64,000 bases of DNA from Alphaproteobacteria bacterium (GCA_965225945.1 CBDDBZ010000028.1:64001-128000), one strand, 5' to 3'. Shown: positions 31,509 through 41,790, numbered from the stretch's first letter. Numbers and translations are program-made. The notes: a model not told the origin generated them from the sequence alone.

Positions 31509-32210
31509 ATGATCTCCGTCGTGATCCCGGTCCTGAACGAGGCGGCGAACCTCGCCTGCCTGCTGCCAATTCTCGGCGCCGAGCCGGAGATCGGCGAGAT
31601 CCTGGTGGTCGACGGCGGCAGCGAGGACGGATCCAAAGCCATCGCCCGGGCGGCGGGGTGCAGTGTCGTCGCGGCACCCCGGGGTCGGGGGCCCCAATTG
31701 GCGGCGGGCGGCGCACCGGCCCGGGGCAAAATACTGCTGTTCCTGCACGCCGACTGCGGCTTTCCCCCGGGGGGTGCGGGTCGAATCGTCGAAGTGCTGG
31801 AAGCCCGGCCCGAGGTGGTCGGCGGCAACTTCCGCCTCCATTTCGACGGCGAGGATGCCTTCTCTCGCTGGCTCGACGGCTTCTACGCCTGGATCCGCGC
31901 ACGCGGCGTCTACTATGGCGATTCCGGCGTCTTCGTCCGCCGCCGCGCCCATGAGGCGCTCGGCGGCATCCGCCCGATCGCCCTGATGGAGGACTACGAC
32001 TTCACCCGCCGGCTGGAGCGGCTGGGCCCGACGGTATCGATCGCCGAGCCGCCGCTCACCACCTCCTCGCGCCGCTTCGCCGGCCGGCGTCCGGTGGCAA
32101 TCGTCGCCGGCTGGCTCTGGCTGCACGCGCTCTATCACCTGGGCGTTTCACCCGAGCGCCTGGCCCGGCTCTACGATTCGAGCCGCCGCCGCAAAGCCGC
32201 GCCCAGCTAG
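31509..32210 (+). CDS. GT2 glycosyltransferase (TIGR04283-like)
   Basis: ISVVIPVLNEA, VDGGSED, LFLHAD, YGD.G.F, LMED, TSSRRF. Confidence 0.85.
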   Translation: MISVVIPVLNEAANLACLLPILGAEPEIGEILVVDGGSEDGSKAIARAAGCSVVAAPRGRGPQLAAGGAPARGKILLFLHADCGFPPGGAGRIVEVLEARPEVVGGNFRLHFDGEDAFSRWLDGFYAWIRARGVYYGDSGVFVRRRAHEALGGIRPIALMEDYDFTRRLERLGPTVSIAEPPLTTSSRRFAGRRPVAIVAGWLWLHALYHLGVSPERLARLYDSSRRRKAAPS

Positions 32211-32965
32211 AAGGCCGCCGTCATGCCGCCGTCGATCGCCAGGACGGCGCCGGTGACGTAGGCGGCTTCCTCCGAGGCCAGGAAGACGACGGCGTGGCCC
32301 AACTCCTCCGGCGCGCCCCAGCGGCCGACCGGCGTGCGGCCGCACACCATGGCGTCGAACTCCGGATCGGCCTTGAGGTTGGCGTTGAACTCGGTGGCGA
32401 AGAAGCCGGGCGCCAGCGTGTTGACGGTGACGCCACGGGGCGCGAGCTCCACCGCCAGCGCCTTGGTGAGGCCGGCGAGGCCATGCTTGGCGGCGACGTA
32501 GCCGGGAATGTTCGCGCGCGCGATCAAGCCGAACACCGAGCCGATGTTGACGATCCGCCCCCATCCCGCCGCCACCATCGGCTTGGATGCCTCCCGCGCC
32601 AAGACGAAAGGGGCGGTGAGGTTGAGCTCGATCACGCGGCGCCAGTCCGCGTCGCCATGCTCGGGCAGGGCCTGGCGGTGAATGATGCCGGCGTTGTTGA
32701 TCAGGATGTCCAGGCGGCCATGATCGCGGGCGATCGCCGCCACCGCCTCGCCCGCCGTCTCGCTCGCCGTGGCGTCGAACGGCCGCGCTTGCGCGCTCGA
32801 CCCCGCCGCCGTCAGTTCGTCCGCCTTCGCTTCCAGCGCCGCCCTGCTCCGGGCGTTCAGCACCACGGTGGCGCCGTGGCGGGCCAGCGCTTGGGCCGCC
32901 GACCAACCGAGCCCCCGGCTCGCCCCGGTGACCAGCGCCACCCGCCCCGTCAGATCGAACGCCAC
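32207..32965 (-). CDS. Short-chain dehydrogenase (gluconate 5-dehydrogenase-like)
   Basis: TGASRGLG, NNAG, YVAAK, APGFF. Confidence 0.92.
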   Translation of the reverse strand: MAFDLTGRVALVTGASRGLGWSAAQALARHGATVVLNARSRAALEAKADELTAAGSSAQARPFDATASETAGEAVAAIARDHGRLDILINNAGIIHRQALPEHGDADWRRVIELNLTAPFVLAREASKPMVAAGWGRIVNIGSVFGLIARANIPGYVAAKHGLAGLTKALAVELAPRGVTVNTLAPGFFATEFNANLKADPEFDAMVCGRTPVGRWGAPEELGHAVVFLASEEAAYVTGAVLAIDGGMTAAF

Positions 32966-33037
32966 GCCGTCCCCGCTTCCCTCGACCGTCCCGGGGCGGC
33001 GGGAAGGCCGTGGGCCGCGCGCGGCGGTGCCCCGCCC

Positions 33038-34567
33038 TCACATCACCGCGCCAATCGTCCAGGGGACGAACTCGTCGTCGCCGAAGCCCAATTCCTCGCT
33101 TCTGGTCGGTGCGCCCGAGGCGGTCGCCAGGATCTTGGCGAAGATCTTCTCGCCCATCTCAGGCACGCTCGCCTCGCCGTCGATAACCAGGCCGCAGTTG
33201 ATGTCCATGTCCTCTGACATGCGGTGGTACATCGCTGTGTTGGTGGCGAGCTTGAGCGAGGGTACCGGCTTGCAGCCGAAGACCGAGCCACGTCCGGTGG
33301 TGAAGCAGACGACGTTGGCCCCGCCCGCGACCATACCGGTGACCGAGGCCGGGTCGTAGCCGGGCGTGTCCATGAAGACGAAGCCCTTGGCGGTCATCGC
33401 CTCGCCATAGGCGTAGACGTCGACCAGGTTGGTGGTGCCGCCCTTGGCGGCGGCGCCGAGCGATTTCTCCAGGATCGTGGTGAGCCCGCCCGCCTTGTTG
33501 CCGGGGGAGGGATTGTTGTTCATCTCGCCCTTGTTTCGCTCGGTATAGTCCTCCCACCAGCGGATCTTCTCAACGAGCTTCAGGCCCACCTCCTCGGTGA
33601 CCGCGCGCCGCGTCAGCAGATGCTCGGCGCCGTAGATCTCGGGCGTTTCGGCGAGGCAGGCGGTGCCACCGTGGCGGACCAGCAGATCGGCCGCCGCGCC
33701 GAGCGAGGGGTTGGCGCTGATCCCGGAATAGGCGTCCGAGCCGCCGCATTCGAGGCCCAGGATCAGCGCGCTCGCCGGCAGCGTCTCGCGGCCGACGCGG
33801 TTGGCCTCGAGAAGCATCTCGCGCACTCGGGCGACGCCCTCGCGGACCGTCTTGGTGGTGCCGCCGGTCTCCTGAATGGTCATGGCGTGGAGCGTGTCGC
33901 TCTGTTCGAGACCGGTGTTCTTCAATAGCGCGCCGATCTGGTTCGCCTCGCAGCCGAGGCCGACGATGATCACGCCGTGGAAATTCGGATGGCGGGAATA
34001 GCCGGCGAGCGTCCGTTGCAGCACCTCATAGCCCTCGCCCACCGTGGCCATGCCGCAGCCGGTGCCGTGGGTCAGCGCCACCACCCCGTCGACATTGGGA
34101 AATTCGTCCAAGCCCGGGCCCCGGAACTGGTCGGCGATATAACGCGCCACCGTCGCCGAGCAGTTGACCGAGGTCAAAATTCCGATGTAGTTGCGCGTCG
34201 CCACCCGCCCGTCCGCGCGGCGGTAGCCCTGGAAGGTCGCCCGCTCGGCTTCCGCCACCATGTCGAGGGGGCGCACGTCTTGGCAGAAGAGGTAATCGCG
34301 CTTGAAATCACGGACCTCGACGTTGTGGGTGTGGACGAGTTCGCCGGCGGCGATGTCGGCGGTGGCGAAGCCGATGATCTGGTCGTATTTGCGGATCACC
34401 TCGCCGGCCGGAATAGGCACCGTGGCGATTTTGTGGCCGGCCGCGACGTCGCCCGTGGTGGCGACGCTCGCCTCGCCGATCTCGACGCCCGGCAGGATAT
34501 CGGCTCTGGCGACCACGACGTTGTCGTTGCCGTGCAGTCGTATGATCAGGGGTCCGCTCGCCGTCAT
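33038..34567 (-). CDS. UxaA-family dehydratase (altronate/galactarate type) with SAF domain
   Basis: GHKIA, VHTHN, SVNCSATVA, GLGCE, CGGSD, NNPSPGNKAGG, FTTGRG. Confidence 0.92.
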   Translation of the reverse strand: MTASGPLIIRLHGNDNVVVARADILPGVEIGEASVATTGDVAAGHKIATVPIPAGEVIRKYDQIIGFATADIAAGELVHTHNVEVRDFKRDYLFCQDVRPLDMVAEAERATFQGYRRADGRVATRNYIGILTSVNCSATVARYIADQFRGPGLDEFPNVDGVVALTHGTGCGMATVGEGYEVLQRTLAGYSRHPNFHGVIIVGLGCEANQIGALLKNTGLEQSDTLHAMTIQETGGTTKTVREGVARVREMLLEANRVGRETLPASALILGLECGGSDAYSGISANPSLGAAADLLVRHGGTACLAETPEIYGAEHLLTRRAVTEEVGLKLVEKIRWWEDYTERNKGEMNNNPSPGNKAGGLTTILEKSLGAAAKGGTTNLVDVYAYGEAMTAKGFVFMDTPGYDPASVTGMVAGGANVVCFTTGRGSVFGCKPVPSLKLATNTAMYHRMSEDMDINCGLVIDGEASVPEMGEKIFAKILATASGAPTRSEELGFGDDEFVPWTIGAVM

Positions 34568-34792
34568 TGTCTCTCTCCCCGCGTTTCGGGCATCTGGGAT
34601 GGGGCCAGTCTCGGAAATCATGCGCCGCCCCGTCAACCAAATTGAATCGGGGAACGCCTTGACTCGCACCTCCGCTTAACCAAATCGTGTCAGGGTCCAG
34701 TTGGCGCTTCGCTCGCCCATCGACTATTCCACCTGCATGGGTTATCGGTGCGTTCGCCATGGTTCGAGATCCGCCATGCGAGGAGAGTTGAG

Positions 34793-35308
34793 ATGCGATG
34801 GTTGTCTTCGATGATCTGGGCGGCCCTCGTCGCTCTTGCGCTGCTGTCGGCGCCGAGCGCCTGGGCCGTGGGCGGCGGTAGCGGCAGCAAGAGCGGAAGC
34901 GCGCAATCCAGCCGCTCGAGCTCGGGCGACAGTTGGCGCAAGGCCAAGCAGGCGATCGCGGCGCGCCAATACGAGGCGGCCATCCCGTTCCTCTTGAAGA
35001 CGGTGAAGGACGATCCGAGGAACGCCGACGCCTTCAACTATCTGGGCTACAGCCACGCCCGGGCGGGAAAGACCGATCGAGCGCTCGGCTATTACCAGAA
35101 CGCGCTGAAGATCGATCCCAAGCACAAGGGCGCCAACAACTATCTCGGCGAATTGCATCTGAAGCGGGGCGACCTCGCGGCGGCGGAACAGCGTCTGGCG
35201 GTGCTGAACAAGGCTTGCTCCTTTGGCTGTGTCGAATACGACCTGCTGAAAAAAGCCGTCACCGAATATAAGGCGACCGGCAAATACACCACCTCCAAGG
35301 GCCTCTGA
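34793..35308 (+). CDS. Secreted tetratricopeptide-repeat protein
   Basis: Signal peptide; NADAFNYLGY and ALKIDPKHKGA..YLGE TPR units. Confidence 0.85.
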   Translation: MRWLSSMIWAALVALALLSAPSAWAVGGGSGSKSGSAQSSRSSSGDSWRKAKQAIAARQYEAAIPFLLKTVKDDPRNADAFNYLGYSHARAGKTDRALGYYQNALKIDPKHKGANNYLGELHLKRGDLAAAEQRLAVLNKACSFGCVEYDLLKKAVTEYKATGKYTTSKGL

Positions 35309-35397
35309 AGCCGGCGCCGCCGGTTTGAGGGTCAAATGCTACCGCGAGCGAGCGGAACGGGCTAGAATCCGGCGCGAGTGGGAAAGCGGGAGGACGC

Positions 35398-36372
35398 ATG
35401 GAATATCTGCCGGCGTTCGAACTGCATCGACCGAGAAGCGTCGAGGAGGCGGTGGCGCACGCTGGCGAGGGCGAGGGCGCGCGCTATCTCGCCGGTGGCA
35501 CCGATCTGGTGGTCAACACCCGGCGGGGGATCGAGGCGCCCTCGGCGATGATCGATCTCGGCGAGGTCGACGAACTCTCAGGCATCGCCGAGGTCGACGG
35601 CGGCCTGCGGCTCGGCGCCGGGGCGAGCCTCGACGAGATCGCGAACGACGCCCGTGTCCGAAGCCGATATCCGGCGGTGGCCGAGGCGGCCGGCGGCGTC
35701 GCCGGGCCGACCCATCGCCAGCACGGCACGCTCGGCGGCAACCTCTGCCTGGATACCCGCTGCCTTTACTACAACCAGTCCGAATGGTGGCGCGACGCCA
35801 ACGACTACTGCCTGAAACATCGAGGCGAGGTCTGTCACGTCGCCCCCAAGGGAACGCTCTGTTTCGCCGCTTATTCCGGAGACACGGCGCCGGCCCTGCT
35901 GGTCCACGAGGCGGAGGTGGAGATCGCCGGACCGAGCGGCCGACGCCGCGCGCCGCTGGCGACGCTCTGGCGGGACGACGGCCTGGACCATCTGACCTTG
36001 GCGCCGGCGGATCTGGTGGTCGCCGTCTATCTGCCGCCGCCGGCGGCGGGGCTTCGCTCCGGCTACGAGAAGGCGCGGATCAGGGGCGCGATCGACTTTC
36101 CCCTGGCCGGCGCAGCACTCGCGGTGGCGATGGCGGGGACGGAGGTCCGGGCGCTGCGGCTGGCCTTGACCGCGGTCAACCCCTCGCCGCGCCTCGTGAC
36201 GGGGACCGAGGCGCTGACCGGCCGCCCGCTCGACCGTGAGGCGGTCGAGGCCCTGCGCGAGCTGGCGCGAGGCCAGGCCCAGCCGATGCGGACCACCACC
36301 ATCAAGCCTTGGTATCGCCGCCGCGTCGTCGGCGCGCTGGCGGCGCGCCTCGCTCGCCGCCTCGCCGATTGA
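35398..36372 (+). CDS. hcrB: 4-hydroxybenzoyl-CoA reductase beta-subunit-like FAD protein
   Basis: AGGTDL, GTLGGNLC and the Cys-rich insert DTRCLYYNQSEWWR...C...G..C......C typical of HcrB; AIDFPLA. Confidence 0.8.
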   Translation: MEYLPAFELHRPRSVEEAVAHAGEGEGARYLAGGTDLVVNTRRGIEAPSAMIDLGEVDELSGIAEVDGGLRLGAGASLDEIANDARVRSRYPAVAEAAGGVAGPTHRQHGTLGGNLCLDTRCLYYNQSEWWRDANDYCLKHRGEVCHVAPKGTLCFAAYSGDTAPALLVHEAEVEIAGPSGRRRAPLATLWRDDGLDHLTLAPADLVVAVYLPPPAAGLRSGYEKARIRGAIDFPLAGAALAVAMAGTEVRALRLALTAVNPSPRLVTGTEALTGRPLDREAVEALRELARGQAQPMRTTTIKPWYRRRVVGALAARLARRLAD

Positions 36373-36462
36373 CTCGATCGATCGCGCCGAAACGAAACCG
36401 GGGCCCGCATCGCGGACCCCGGTCCCCCACCCCGACCGCGCGCCGGGGTCGATAGGCAAGAC

Positions 36463-37539
36463 CTACTTCAGGTAGGTGCTCTTCATACGCTGGGCGTCGC
36501 CCCAGGTCTTGTACCCCTTGCGGAAGCCGTAGAAGCTCTCGGCGACCTTCTTGAAGAGCGGATCCTTCGCGCTCTCTTCCGCGACGACCTCGAACCAGGC
36601 GGTTTCCATCTTGGCGAGGGTCGAGTCCGGCCAACGATGGTTGGTGACGCCGTACTTCGACTTCATCTCCGCCATCGCGTCGAAGTTCTTGGCCTCGGTC
36701 TCGGCGTAAGTGTGCATCACGCTCTCGCCGAGGGCGATCTCGATCATCGCCTGATGATGATCCGCCAGAGCCTTGAACATCGACCGGTTCATCAGCAACT
36801 CGCTGACCGAGACCTGCTGGTGCCAGCCCGGATAGTAGTTGTTCTTGGCGATCTGGTAGAAGCCGAGGGCGATGTCGATGGTCGGCATCGAGAACTCGGT
36901 GGCGTCGATCACGCCACGCTCCAGCGCCGGGTAGATGTCCGCGCCGGCCAAGAGCTGGGTCGACACGCCGAGCTTGGTCATCACCCTGGCGCCGAGGCCG
37001 AAGAAGCGCATCTTCAGGCCCTTGAGCTGGTCGAGCGAGGTGATCGGCTGCTTGAACCAGCCCGAGGTTTCCGGGCCGATGGCGAAGCTGTCGAAGCTGA
37101 TCAGATCATGCTTCACGTAGATCTCGTCGCGCAGATCGTTGCCGCCGCCGAACCATTTCCAGGCCAGGAATTCGCCGATCTGCGGCCCGAACGGCACCGT
37201 GGTGAAGAAGGAAAGCGCCGGATACTTGCCGGTGTGGTAGCCCGGCGTCGTCCAGCAGGATTCGATCGCGCCCTTGGAGACCGAGTCGAAGCACTCCAGC
37301 GCCGGCACCAGCGCGCCCGGCTCGAAGAACTTCAGGTTCAGCTGGCCCTGCGACAAGCGCTGCACGTTCTTCGAAAACCTCACGCCCGAGGTGCCGATGT
37401 GCGGCAGCTTGCTGCCGAAGGCGCTCTGCATCTTCCATTTGATACGCTTCTGCGCCTCGGCCGAGCTGGCGAAGGCGAGCGCGACACCGACGGCCAAACC
37501 CACCGTGACGGCGGTCCTGAGGAACTTCGACATGGACAT
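36463..37539 (-). CDS. TRAP transporter substrate-binding protein (DctP family)
   Basis: Signal peptide; WKMQSAF, GWF, GLKMRFFG, LERGVIDATEF, YYPGWHQ. Confidence 0.92.
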   Translation of the reverse strand: MSMSKFLRTAVTVGLAVGVALAFASSAEAQKRIKWKMQSAFGSKLPHIGTSGVRFSKNVQRLSQGQLNLKFFEPGALVPALECFDSVSKGAIESCWTTPGYHTGKYPALSFFTTVPFGPQIGEFLAWKWFGGGNDLRDEIYVKHDLISFDSFAIGPETSGWFKQPITSLDQLKGLKMRFFGLGARVMTKLGVSTQLLAGADIYPALERGVIDATEFSMPTIDIALGFYQIAKNNYYPGWHQQVSVSELLMNRSMFKALADHHQAMIEIALGESVMHTYAETEAKNFDAMAEMKSKYGVTNHRWPDSTLAKMETAWFEVVAEESAKDPLFKKVAESFYGFRKGYKTWGDAQRMKSTYLK

Positions 37540-37655
37540 TTCGTATCCTCCCTTTGTATGAGTCCCGAATAGAATTTGATCAGAGCGTCGTCGCCGACGC
37601 AACCGATAATGTCGATTCGGGGCGGGACAAATCCAAATACTCGGGAGGAATTGCC

Positions 37656-39263
37656 ATGAGAGGCGCCGATCTCCTCGCCCGTGCGCTCGCCGAGGCGGGA
37701 TGTCGAACCCTGTTCACGCTTTCCGGCAATCAGATCATGCCGATCTTCGATGCGTGTCTGGAGCACGACATCCGACTGGTTCACGTCCGCCACGAGGCGG
37801 CGGCGGTACATATGGCGGACGCCTGGTCGCAGCTCACCGGCTCCGTCGGTGTCGCCCTGGTGCCGGCCGGGCCCGGTTTCGCCAACGCCCTCTCGCCGCT
37901 CTATTCCGCCACCCACTCGGAGAGCGCCGTGGTTCTGCTGAGTGGCGATTCCCCACTGTCGGGGGATGGCCGGGGCGCCTTCCAGGAACTCGATCAAGCG
38001 GCGGCGGCGGCACCTCTGGTGAAGGCCACCCGGCGGACGCGCCGCGCGGCGGAGCTCGGCGAGGATGTCGCCTGGGCGATTCGGCTGGCCCTCTCGGGCC
38101 GGCCGGTGCCGGTGCATCTGGCCTTGCCGTTCGATCTGTTGAACGCCGAGACGCCCGCGGCCACGCCGCCGGCCGAGGCCTTCGTGCCGGAGGTCTGGGA
38201 AGCGGACGCGGCCTCACTCGGCGCTATCGTCGAGGCCGCCCGGGCGGCCCGGCGACCGTTGGTCCTGACCGGGCCAGCGTTGAATCGGTCTCGCGCGGCC
38301 GGCCTGGCCGACGAGGTGTCGGCGGCGCTGGCGGCGCCGGTGGTGGCGCTGGAGAGTCCTCGCGGGCTCGGCGATCCGGCGCTCGGCGCCTTCGCGCGCG
38401 TGCTGGCGCGCGCCGATCTGGTGGTGAGCCTGGGCAAGCGGATCGACTTCACGCTTCGTTTCGCCGGGCCGGGGGTGCTGGACGAAGGCTGCCGGGTCAT
38501 GCTGATCGATCCCGAGGCCGACGCGCTGGAGCAAGCCCGCGCGGCCCTCGGCGCTCGGCTCCAACTCGGCGAGCGGGGCGATGCGGCGGCGACGGCGCGC
38601 GCCCTGGCGAAATCACCTATCGAGGAAAGCAATTCTCGCGCGGCCTGGCGCGCCGAGGTGGTGGCCGCGATCGCCCGGCGCGACACCGAGGCTGAACGAC
38701 GGGTGGCGGCGGGGCGGATATCGCCGATCGCGCTCGGCCGCGCGGTTCAGGCCTGCCTCGATCAGGCCGCCGCGCCGATCCTGATCTCGGACGGCGGCGA
38801 ATTCGGGCAATGGGCACAAGCCTGCATCACCGCGCCGACACGGCTGATCAACGGTCCGGCGGGCGCCATCGGCGGCGCGCTGCCCCAGGCCGTCGCCGCT
38901 CGGTTGGCACGGCCCGAGGCGACCGTGGTGGCGCTGATGGGAGACGGCACGATCGGCTTCAATCTGGCCGAATTCGACACCGCCTTGCGCCACGACGCGC
39001 CCTTCCTCGCCGTGGTCGGCAACGATGCGCGCTGGAACGCGGAATACCAGATCCAACTCCGCGACTACGGGCCCGAGCGCCTCGTCGGCTGCGAGCTCAG
39101 GGCGACGCGCTACGACCTGGCGGTGCGCGGCCTCGGCGGCCACGGCGAATACGTCGACGCTCCGGCGGACCTCGCCCCGGCGCTGGAGCGCGCGCTCGCA
39201 AGCGGCCTGCCCGCTTGCGTCAACGTCGAGATCGAGGGCCTGCCGGCGCCGAGCGTCGATTGA
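37656..39263 (+). CDS. ThDP-dependent enzyme (acetolactate synthase / 2-hydroxyacyl-CoA lyase-like)
   Basis: VRHEAAAVHMADA, AGPGFAN, GAFQE, GDG...GND ThDP motif; GGGAGG RBS. Confidence 0.9.
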   Translation: MRGADLLARALAEAGCRTLFTLSGNQIMPIFDACLEHDIRLVHVRHEAAAVHMADAWSQLTGSVGVALVPAGPGFANALSPLYSATHSESAVVLLSGDSPLSGDGRGAFQELDQAAAAAPLVKATRRTRRAAELGEDVAWAIRLALSGRPVPVHLALPFDLLNAETPAATPPAEAFVPEVWEADAASLGAIVEAARAARRPLVLTGPALNRSRAAGLADEVSAALAAPVVALESPRGLGDPALGAFARVLARADLVVSLGKRIDFTLRFAGPGVLDEGCRVMLIDPEADALEQARAALGARLQLGERGDAAATARALAKSPIEESNSRAAWRAEVVAAIARRDTEAERRVAAGRISPIALGRAVQACLDQAAAPILISDGGEFGQWAQACITAPTRLINGPAGAIGGALPQAVAARLARPEATVVALMGDGTIGFNLAEFDTALRHDAPFLAVVGNDARWNAEYQIQLRDYGPERLVGCELRATRYDLAVRGLGGHGEYVDAPADLAPALERALASGLPACVNVEIEGLPAPSVD

Positions 39264-39269
39264 GCAACC

Positions 39270-39560
39270 TCGGGCGCGCTCTTCGGCCTCGCGGGGGTCC
39301 AGGGCCCTGGTGTGGTCGGTTGGTTGCGGCGTCACCGTCATCAAGGTCACCCCGTCGAGGACATGGACGATCTCGTCGCCGTTCCGGTGCCGCTCCCACT
39401 CGCTGTCGCCGACGAAGCCGCCGGCGAAGATGCCACCGTCCCGATAGGGGCTGAGGGTGGCGAAGGCGGCGTCGGCCTCTTCCTCGCTGGTCGCCGGCGT
39501 GCGCCCCTCCAGGACCGGTCTTGCCGCGAACTCCGCCCGGATGTCGATCGCCTTCACCAT
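39270..39560 (-). pseudogene. Cupin-domain gene with an apparent internal deletion and no nearby stop
   Basis: Motif 1 WERHRNGDEIVHVLDG is joined directly to VTLMTVTPQPTDH; motif 2 (G....VP.G..H) is absent. Confidence 0.6.
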
Positions 39561-39567
39561 GCCGTCT

Positions 39568-40098
39568 TCAAATCCGGAACTGGACCTGCTCGGAGAAGAA
39601 ACGCTCGATCCGCCTGAGCGTGGTGTTGAGCTCGACCACTTCGCCGTAGCCGATATGCTCGCCACCGAACAGGGTCTCGACGTGGCGCTCGAACAGCGCG
39701 GTGACGTCCTGGCGCAACGCCAACCCCTTGTCCGAAAGCTTGACCCGGACCGTGCGCCGATCGTGCGGCGAGCGCTCCTGCTCGATATAGCCGTTCTGGG
39801 TGAGCTGCTTCACGTTGTAGGAGACGTTGGAGCCGAGGTAATAGCCCCGGTAGGTCAGCTCGCCGATGGTGATCTCGTCGTCACCGATGTTATAGAGGAT
39901 CAACGCCTGCACGTTGTTGACGTCGCTCCGCCCGGAGCGATCGAGCTCCGCCTTCAGGACGTCGAGGAAACGCCGGTGCATGCGCTCGATCAACAACAGG
40001 GTCTCGCGGTAGAGCGTCAAGCGCTGAGCCTCGTCGGGCCCCGCCTCGTCGTCGCCGGCCTCGTCCCGCTCCGCCTGATCCTCGCCGTTCATCGCCAT
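39568..40098 (-). CDS. ldtR: MarR-family regulator, LdtR-like
   Basis: ER.HRRFLDV.K.E, N.VQAL.LYNIG, RGYYLGSNVSYN, DRR.VRV.L. Confidence 0.75.
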   Translation of the reverse strand: MAMNGEDQAERDEAGDDEAGPDEAQRLTLYRETLLLIERMHRRFLDVLKAELDRSGRSDVNNVQALILYNIGDDEITIGELTYRGYYLGSNVSYNVKQLTQNGYIEQERSPHDRRTVRVKLSDKGLALRQDVTALFERHVETLFGGEHIGYGEVVELNTTLRRIERFFSEQVQFRI

Positions 40099-40237
40099 CC
40101 GATCTCCGTGTCGCCCCGGCCTCGACGCGCCGCTCCTTCTATAGCACTTACCGACCTTGCCGGACCACCCGCGCGAAGCGGGGGCATCGTTCATGCCCAG
40201 GGAAGAAAATCTCGATCGCGCCACCCCAGCCCCGCGC

Positions 40238-40846
40238 TCACGCCGCCCGCCTGGCCAGGATCACCTCGCGGACCAGCGGGATGCGGTCGTTGCCGAAGTA
40301 CATCTCGTCGTCGACGAAGATCGTCGGCGAGCCGAAGCCGCCGCGCTGGATCAACTCCTCCGTGTTGGCGCGGAGCGCGGCCTTGATCTCGTCCCGGGCG
40401 GTCGCCGCCAACAGCTCCTCGCCGTCGACGCCGACGCGAGCCGCCACCTCGGCCAAGACGTCGTCTTGGGAGATGTCGCGATCCTCGCCCCAATAGGTCT
40501 CGAAGACCGCGCGGGCGAAGGCGGGAAGCTTGCCCTCCTCGGCCAGCGTCACACAGCCGCGCATGGCCTTGACGCTGTTCACTGGAAACACCGTCGGATG
40601 CCAGGTGATGGCGAGGCCCGTGTGGCGGGCCCAATCGGCCAGATCCTTGGCCAGGTAGGCGGCCTTCGGCGGCACGGGATGGTCACGCGAGGCCTGCACG
40701 CTCGGGTTGACGGCATTGAACACGCCGCCGACCAGGATCGGCCGCCAGTTCACCGCCACGTCGAGCTCGCTCGCCAGCGCTTCCATCCGATGGAAGCCGA
40801 GATAGGTCCAGGGGGAGGAGCAATCGAAATAGAAATCGATTCTCAT
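40238..40846 (-). CDS. 2-hydroxychromene-2-carboxylate isomerase / GST-kappa (DsbA family)
   Basis: FYFDCSSPWTY, WRPILVGG, FPVNS, GGFGSPT, FGNDR. Confidence 0.9.
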   Translation of the reverse strand: MRIDFYFDCSSPWTYLGFHRMEALASELDVAVNWRPILVGGVFNAVNPSVQASRDHPVPPKAAYLAKDLADWARHTGLAITWHPTVFPVNSVKAMRGCVTLAEEGKLPAFARAVFETYWGEDRDISQDDVLAEVAARVGVDGEELLAATARDEIKAALRANTEELIQRGGFGSPTIFVDDEMYFGNDRIPLVREVILARRAA

Positions 40847-40855
40847 CGGGGTTCC

Positions 40856-41746
40856 TCAGTTGCCGGGCACGACGCCCGGGGGCAGGCTTTCGATATGGGC
40901 GCAGATCTCGCGCGGTCGGGTGATCCAGACCTCCTCGCCATGTTCCTGGATATGACGCAAGGCGCGACGAAGCTGGCGGATCCGATAGGGCCGGCCGACC
41001 ACGAAGGGGTGCAGCGAGAGCGGGCAGACCAGGGGCTGGCGGGCCGACTGCTCCAGCATCTCGTCGAAGTGGTCGATGATCATGTCGGCGAAGTCGGCCG
41101 AGGTGTACCGATACCAGACGATGCCGCGGGTATCGTTGACCTCGATCGGGTAGGGGATCGAGAGGATGCGACCACCCCTCGTCTTCATCCAGATCGGCTG
41201 GTCGTCCATGGTCCAGTCCATGGTGTAGCGGTAGCCGGCCTCTTGCAGCAGGTCGAGGGTCCGCGCGCTGTTGGAAAGCCACGGGCTCATCCAGCCGACC
41301 GGCGGCGCCCCCTCCTCGGCCGTGATCCGGGCCGTGATCGCTTCGATGTGGGCGCGTTCCGCCGCCTCGTCGAGCGGGCCCTGCTCGTCCGAGTTGGTGA
41401 TTCCATGGCCCAGGATCTCGTCGCCGCGGGCGCGGAAGGCCTCGGCGATGCCCGGGCATTCGTCGTAGATCGCGGTATTGAGCTGGACCTCGGCCGGCAG
41501 ACCCAACTCGTCGAACATCTCCATGAGGCGCCAGACGCCGACCCGGTTGCCATAATCGCGCCAGGAATAGATCGAATGGCTTTGCGCCTGATCGGGCGGC
41601 GCGATCGCGGCCCCCTTGCCGGTGCCATAGCGAAACGCCTCGACGTTGATGGCGATATAGACGGCGATACGCTTGCCGTCCGGCCAGTCATAGTCGGGGC
41701 GCTCGGGTATGGCGCTGAAATCGTAGCGGCCGTGAGTTTCGAGCAT
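40856..41746 (-). CDS. Polysaccharide deacetylase family, PuuE/allantoinase-like
   Basis: WPDGKRIAV, WRDYGNRVG.WR, ILGHG, EVND, LHPF..G.P.R. Confidence 0.87.
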   Translation of the reverse strand: MLETHGRYDFSAIPERPDYDWPDGKRIAVYIAINVEAFRYGTGKGAAIAPPDQAQSHSIYSWRDYGNRVGVWRLMEMFDELGLPAEVQLNTAIYDECPGIAEAFRARGDEILGHGITNSDEQGPLDEAAERAHIEAITARITAEEGAPPVGWMSPWLSNSARTLDLLQEAGYRYTMDWTMDDQPIWMKTRGGRILSIPYPIEVNDTRGIVWYRYTSADFADMIIDHFDEMLEQSARQPLVCPLSLHPFVVGRPYRIRQLRRALRHIQEHGEEVWITRPREICAHIESLPPGVVPGN

Positions 41747-41790
41747 GGGAACATTCCTCGGGCGGATCATGCTCTTGCGCCGAACCGGGT

